Source: Tubiluchus corallicola (taxonomy: Eukaryota > Animalia > Priapulida). From it: a stretch of 64,000 nucleotides of DNA. The notes under the pieces were generated by a model. That model was not told the DNA's origin. It ran no database searches and saw only the letters and a program-made list of their open reading frames with translations. A program made the position numbers and the translations under genes. The stretch covers positions 7,969 to 71,968 of the forward strand of contig JAQGDQ010000994.1 in NCBI GenBank assembly GCA_030141605.1, written 5' to 3'. Below, piece after piece: positions 60,553 through 64,000 of this stretch (its first letter is position 1; every line of letters starts with the position of its first letter).

Positions 60553-61170
60553 ATTCCAAACATTCAAATTATATCGCAACATCGAATCATATAACCAACT
60601 TATTCCCATCAAAGTCTTTTTTTATAACAGTTGTATGAAATGATGCAAGATCAGTTTTAAGAAGTCAACACTTTGTAGTATTATGTGATGGCTAAAGTAG
60701 CTTATTCACCCTTTAGAGATACTAAGTTTAATTCTTGTTTAGAGTCAAGAAATCACCTTATTTCATTAAAGGACAACCGGATGATTGTGTAAACACGAGT
60801 TTAGAATAAGGAATGCTGTAAAATATTGCAACTACAAAAGCTTTTTTTAAATGAAACCTTAGATTAAATAATAATTACCTCGGATACTCAAATTTCGTTA
60901 AACTTTGAAAGCTACGCGTGTCTCAGTGAATCTACTAAGATCGGCAGCGGCGCCTTTTTATCACATTCGCGTGGCCGACAAATAGAAGGCGGTACCGTAA
61001 TAAGCATGAATATGAACTGTTGTGTTAGTTTCTGACGTCATATGATGTAGAGCCCATTTGTAGTCTGCCCCATGTGAAATCTGTCACATTCCCAACTGTT
61101 TTTCAGTAACATCACATTCATTTCTCCAACTCACATTACGCTTAACCAGGACTGCATGTGTTTTTACTAG

Positions 61171-61298
61171 GTATGTAAAGGTAGCATTGGTGCTAAATGT
61201 GGGATGGTGTTCGTCTACACAGATGAAGACCAGCGCTTAGAGAGTACATCATTTTCAGACTTTGACAACTGGACAGTTGCTCAGTATAACGAATACAG
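61171..61298 (+). CDS. ZZEF1: ZZEF1 exon on opposite strand (B)
   Basis: actag|VCKGSIGAKCGMVFVY...FDNW...YR|gtgagt, like recalled human GAIGAKCGLVFAY. Confidence 0.85.
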
Positions 61299-61394
61299 GT
61301 GAGTTCTTAAACTTTGTGCCATTAACTTTATTCATTCTTAAACTTGGCTGTTTAGTAACATTGATTATTTGTCCTTTCATGTCATTTTTTACAG

Positions 61395-61476
61395 GTCTGG
61401 TGAGGCGAATCTATCGCCAGGCGTTGTTCAACCAGTGGCTTACTTTACCGTCGATGACAACTGGGATGAAGTAGAA
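61395..61476 (+). CDS. ZZEF1: ZZEF1 exon on opposite strand (C)
   Basis: ttacag|SGEANL...PVAYFTVDDNWDEVE|gtgagt; phase 0 end matches 57359 exon. Confidence 0.8.
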
Positions 61477-61965
61477 GTGAGTGTCACTTAATTAGCTAAT
61501 TACTTCGTTTGTTTAATCTTTTATTCTTTCATTCACATATTTGCATATTCCTTTCTTATTTTTCATTCACCTGTTGATGTATTCGCTCATTTGTCTTGAG
61601 TAAAATACGTTAATTTTGCAATAGGGTGTCCCGTAAGTCACTATACACTTTTGATTCTAATTTTCTTTTTAAACTTTTCTCAAATGTCAGCAGACTCTTA
61701 CATGTATCAAAAGCACCCTTTGCCAATTCTTTTCATTTCTTTTTTCACTGGACAGCCGTTGCTATAGCGACAACAGTTACATTAGATATGAGGTGCAAAA
61801 CCAGCCTGGCAAGCGGTTCTTTCACCAGCTGAAGTTCGGCATTAATTCAGATCATCACAGCATGACACTACGCTCATATCTCGGTTTGCCGGACCTTGCC
61901 TTTACAGATATTGGAAGAATCTGACAAAATCTGGACTGTTAAAAAGTCCTGCGTATTACGGACGT

Positions 61966-62609
61966 ATTCTGGTCCGTAATGACATCATTCAAATCCATTT
62001 TTGTGGACGCTAAAAACAAGCAATCAGCCCATCACCTTCATACAATTTTCTGCTGTACAGCTAAGATACAGAATGCTACCTCAGCATCAACAACAAGCAA
62101 TATTTCGGATGCTAAAGTAGATTGAGGTTACTGCTGCACTACTGAATATTCTTAACATGAATGACTACACTCATATCTCGGTTTGCCGGACCTAGCTTTT
62201 ACGGATATCGGAAGAATCAAACAAAATCTGGGCCGTTAGAAAGTCCTGCATAGTACGGACACAGTCCGTTGTTTCGTGAGCTGACCGATAGTTGGCAGGC
62301 CGTCACTTTGTTTACATTATTACATCAGTGTAATCAGGTGTATATCTCTACATATAAAAGTATAGAGTTATTATATCAAGTTATATCATTTATGCAGTTA
62401 TTTGAGTCAATTGCCGACAGTTTTTATATATTTTCACATAGGAGCGGCCCGTACTAGATGTTTTTGAGACAATTAGGAGATTGATTCTACATTAGTGTGA
62501 GTCTAATACATGGCGCCTGTTGTATTAGCTTAGTGTCGGGAAATGGGGACAATCAGCAAATTCGGACCAACGTCTCCTCGTTGTTGTCTGGCAGACGGAG
62601 CTACGAGTG
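61966..62609 (+). other. Dispersed duplicate of 14441-15070 including part of an SDCCAG8 exon
   Basis: ATTCTGGTCCGTAAT...CATTTTTGTGGACGCTAAAAACAAGCAATCAGCC onward nearly identical. Confidence 0.9.
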
Positions 62610-62611
62610 CG

Positions 62612-64000
62612 TTATCTCACTAATAACACCATTCTCTCAGTAATAACACCATTCTCTCACTAATAACACCATTCTCTCACTAATAACACCATTCTCTCAC
62701 TAATAACACCATTCTCTCAGTAATAACACCATTCTCTCACTAATAACACCATTCTCTCACTAATAACACCATTCTCTCACTATTAACACCATTCTCTCAC
62801 TAATAACACCATTCTCTCAGTAATAACACCATTCTCTCACTATTAACACCATTCTCTCACTAATAACACCATTCTCTCACTATTAACACCATTCTCTCAC
62901 TAATAACACCATTCTCTCACTATTAACACCATTCTCTCACTAATAACACCATTCTCTCAGTAATAACACCATTCTCTCACTATTAACACCATTCTCTCAC
63001 TAATAACACCATTCTCTCACTAATAACACCATTCTCTCAGTAATAACACCATTCTCTCACTAATAACACCATTCTCTCACTAATAACACCATTCTCTCAC
63101 TATTAACACCATTCTCTCACTAATAACACCATTCTCTCACTAATAACACCATTCTCTCACTAATAACACCATTCTCTCACTATTAACACCATTCTCTCAC
63201 TATTAACACCATTCTCTCACTAATAACACCATTCTCTCACTAATAACACCATTCTCTCACTAATAACACCATTCTCTCACTAATAACACCATTCTCTCAC
63301 TATTAACACCATTCTCTCACTATTAACACCATTCTCTCACTAATAACACCATTCTCTCACTAATAACACCATTCTCTCACTAATAACACCATTCTCTCAC
63401 TATTAACACCATTATCTCACTAATAACACCATTCTCTCACTAATAACACCATTCTCTCACTAATAACACCATTCTCTCACTAATAACACCATTCTCTTAC
63501 TATTAACACCATTCTCTCACTATTAACACCATTCTCTCACTATTAACACCATTCTCTCACTATTAACACCATTCTCTCACTATTAACACCATTCTCTCAC
63601 TATTAACACCATTCTCTCACTATTAACACCATTCTCTCACTAATAACACCATTCTCTCACTATTAACACCATTCTCTCACTATTAACACCATTCTCTCAC
63701 TATTAACACCATTCTCTCACTATTAACACCATTCTCTCACTATTAACACCATTATCTCACTATTAACACCATTCTCTCACTATTAACACCATTCTCTCAC
63801 TATTAATGCCATTCTCTCACATTTTTTAACGCCATTCTCTCACTATTAACACCATTCTGTCATTAATAACACCATTCTCTCACTATTAACACCATTCTCT
63901 CACTAATAACACCATTCTCTCACTATTAACACCGTTCTCTCACTATTAAAACCATTCTCTCACTATTATCACCATTCTCTCACTATTAACACCATTCTCT
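62612..64000 (-). repeat. 20-bp minisatellite, right inverted arm (runs off window)
   Basis: Reverse complement of 58620-59190 units; about 70 units. Confidence 0.97.

Noticed and set aside
58620-64000. RNA pairing between arrays to drive trans-splicing
   Set aside because: Both putative pre-mRNAs would carry the array in the same sense, so they cannot pair

Overview
AT-rich, intron- and repeat-rich animal (invertebrate-type) genomic DNA; no prokaryotic features. Four spliced genes can be reconstructed by hand with phase-consistent exons: (1) the 3' end of a + strand RhoGEF (DH-domain) gene (1544-6525); (2) an apparently complete 16-exon SDCCAG8-like gene on the - strand (37648 to 11045, about 685 aa); (3) a CCDC34-like gene on + (43708-44657), head-to-head with SDCCAG8 and separated from it by a full-length Gypsy LTR retrotransposon (38307-43336, 5-bp TSD, damaged RT); (4) the 3' part of ZZEF1 on - (57359 to 48848, with a 5.4-kb terminal exon). 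The three ZZEF1 exons that should precede 57359 lie on the OPPOSITE (+) strand (59691-61476), between two inverted copies of a 20-bp minisatellite, indicating an inversion/fold-back or a mis-assembly. Most of the many minisatellites abut exon boundaries, and three are built from the splice site itself (about 126 tandem acceptors; 8 and 5 tandem donors). Also present: a 5S-rRNA-derived SINE with a 12-bp TSD, tRNA-derived SINEs, an internally deleted RTE element, several MITEs, and a transposed fragment of an SDCCAG8 exon. Gene names rest on recalled similarity to vertebrate proteins, not on a database search.
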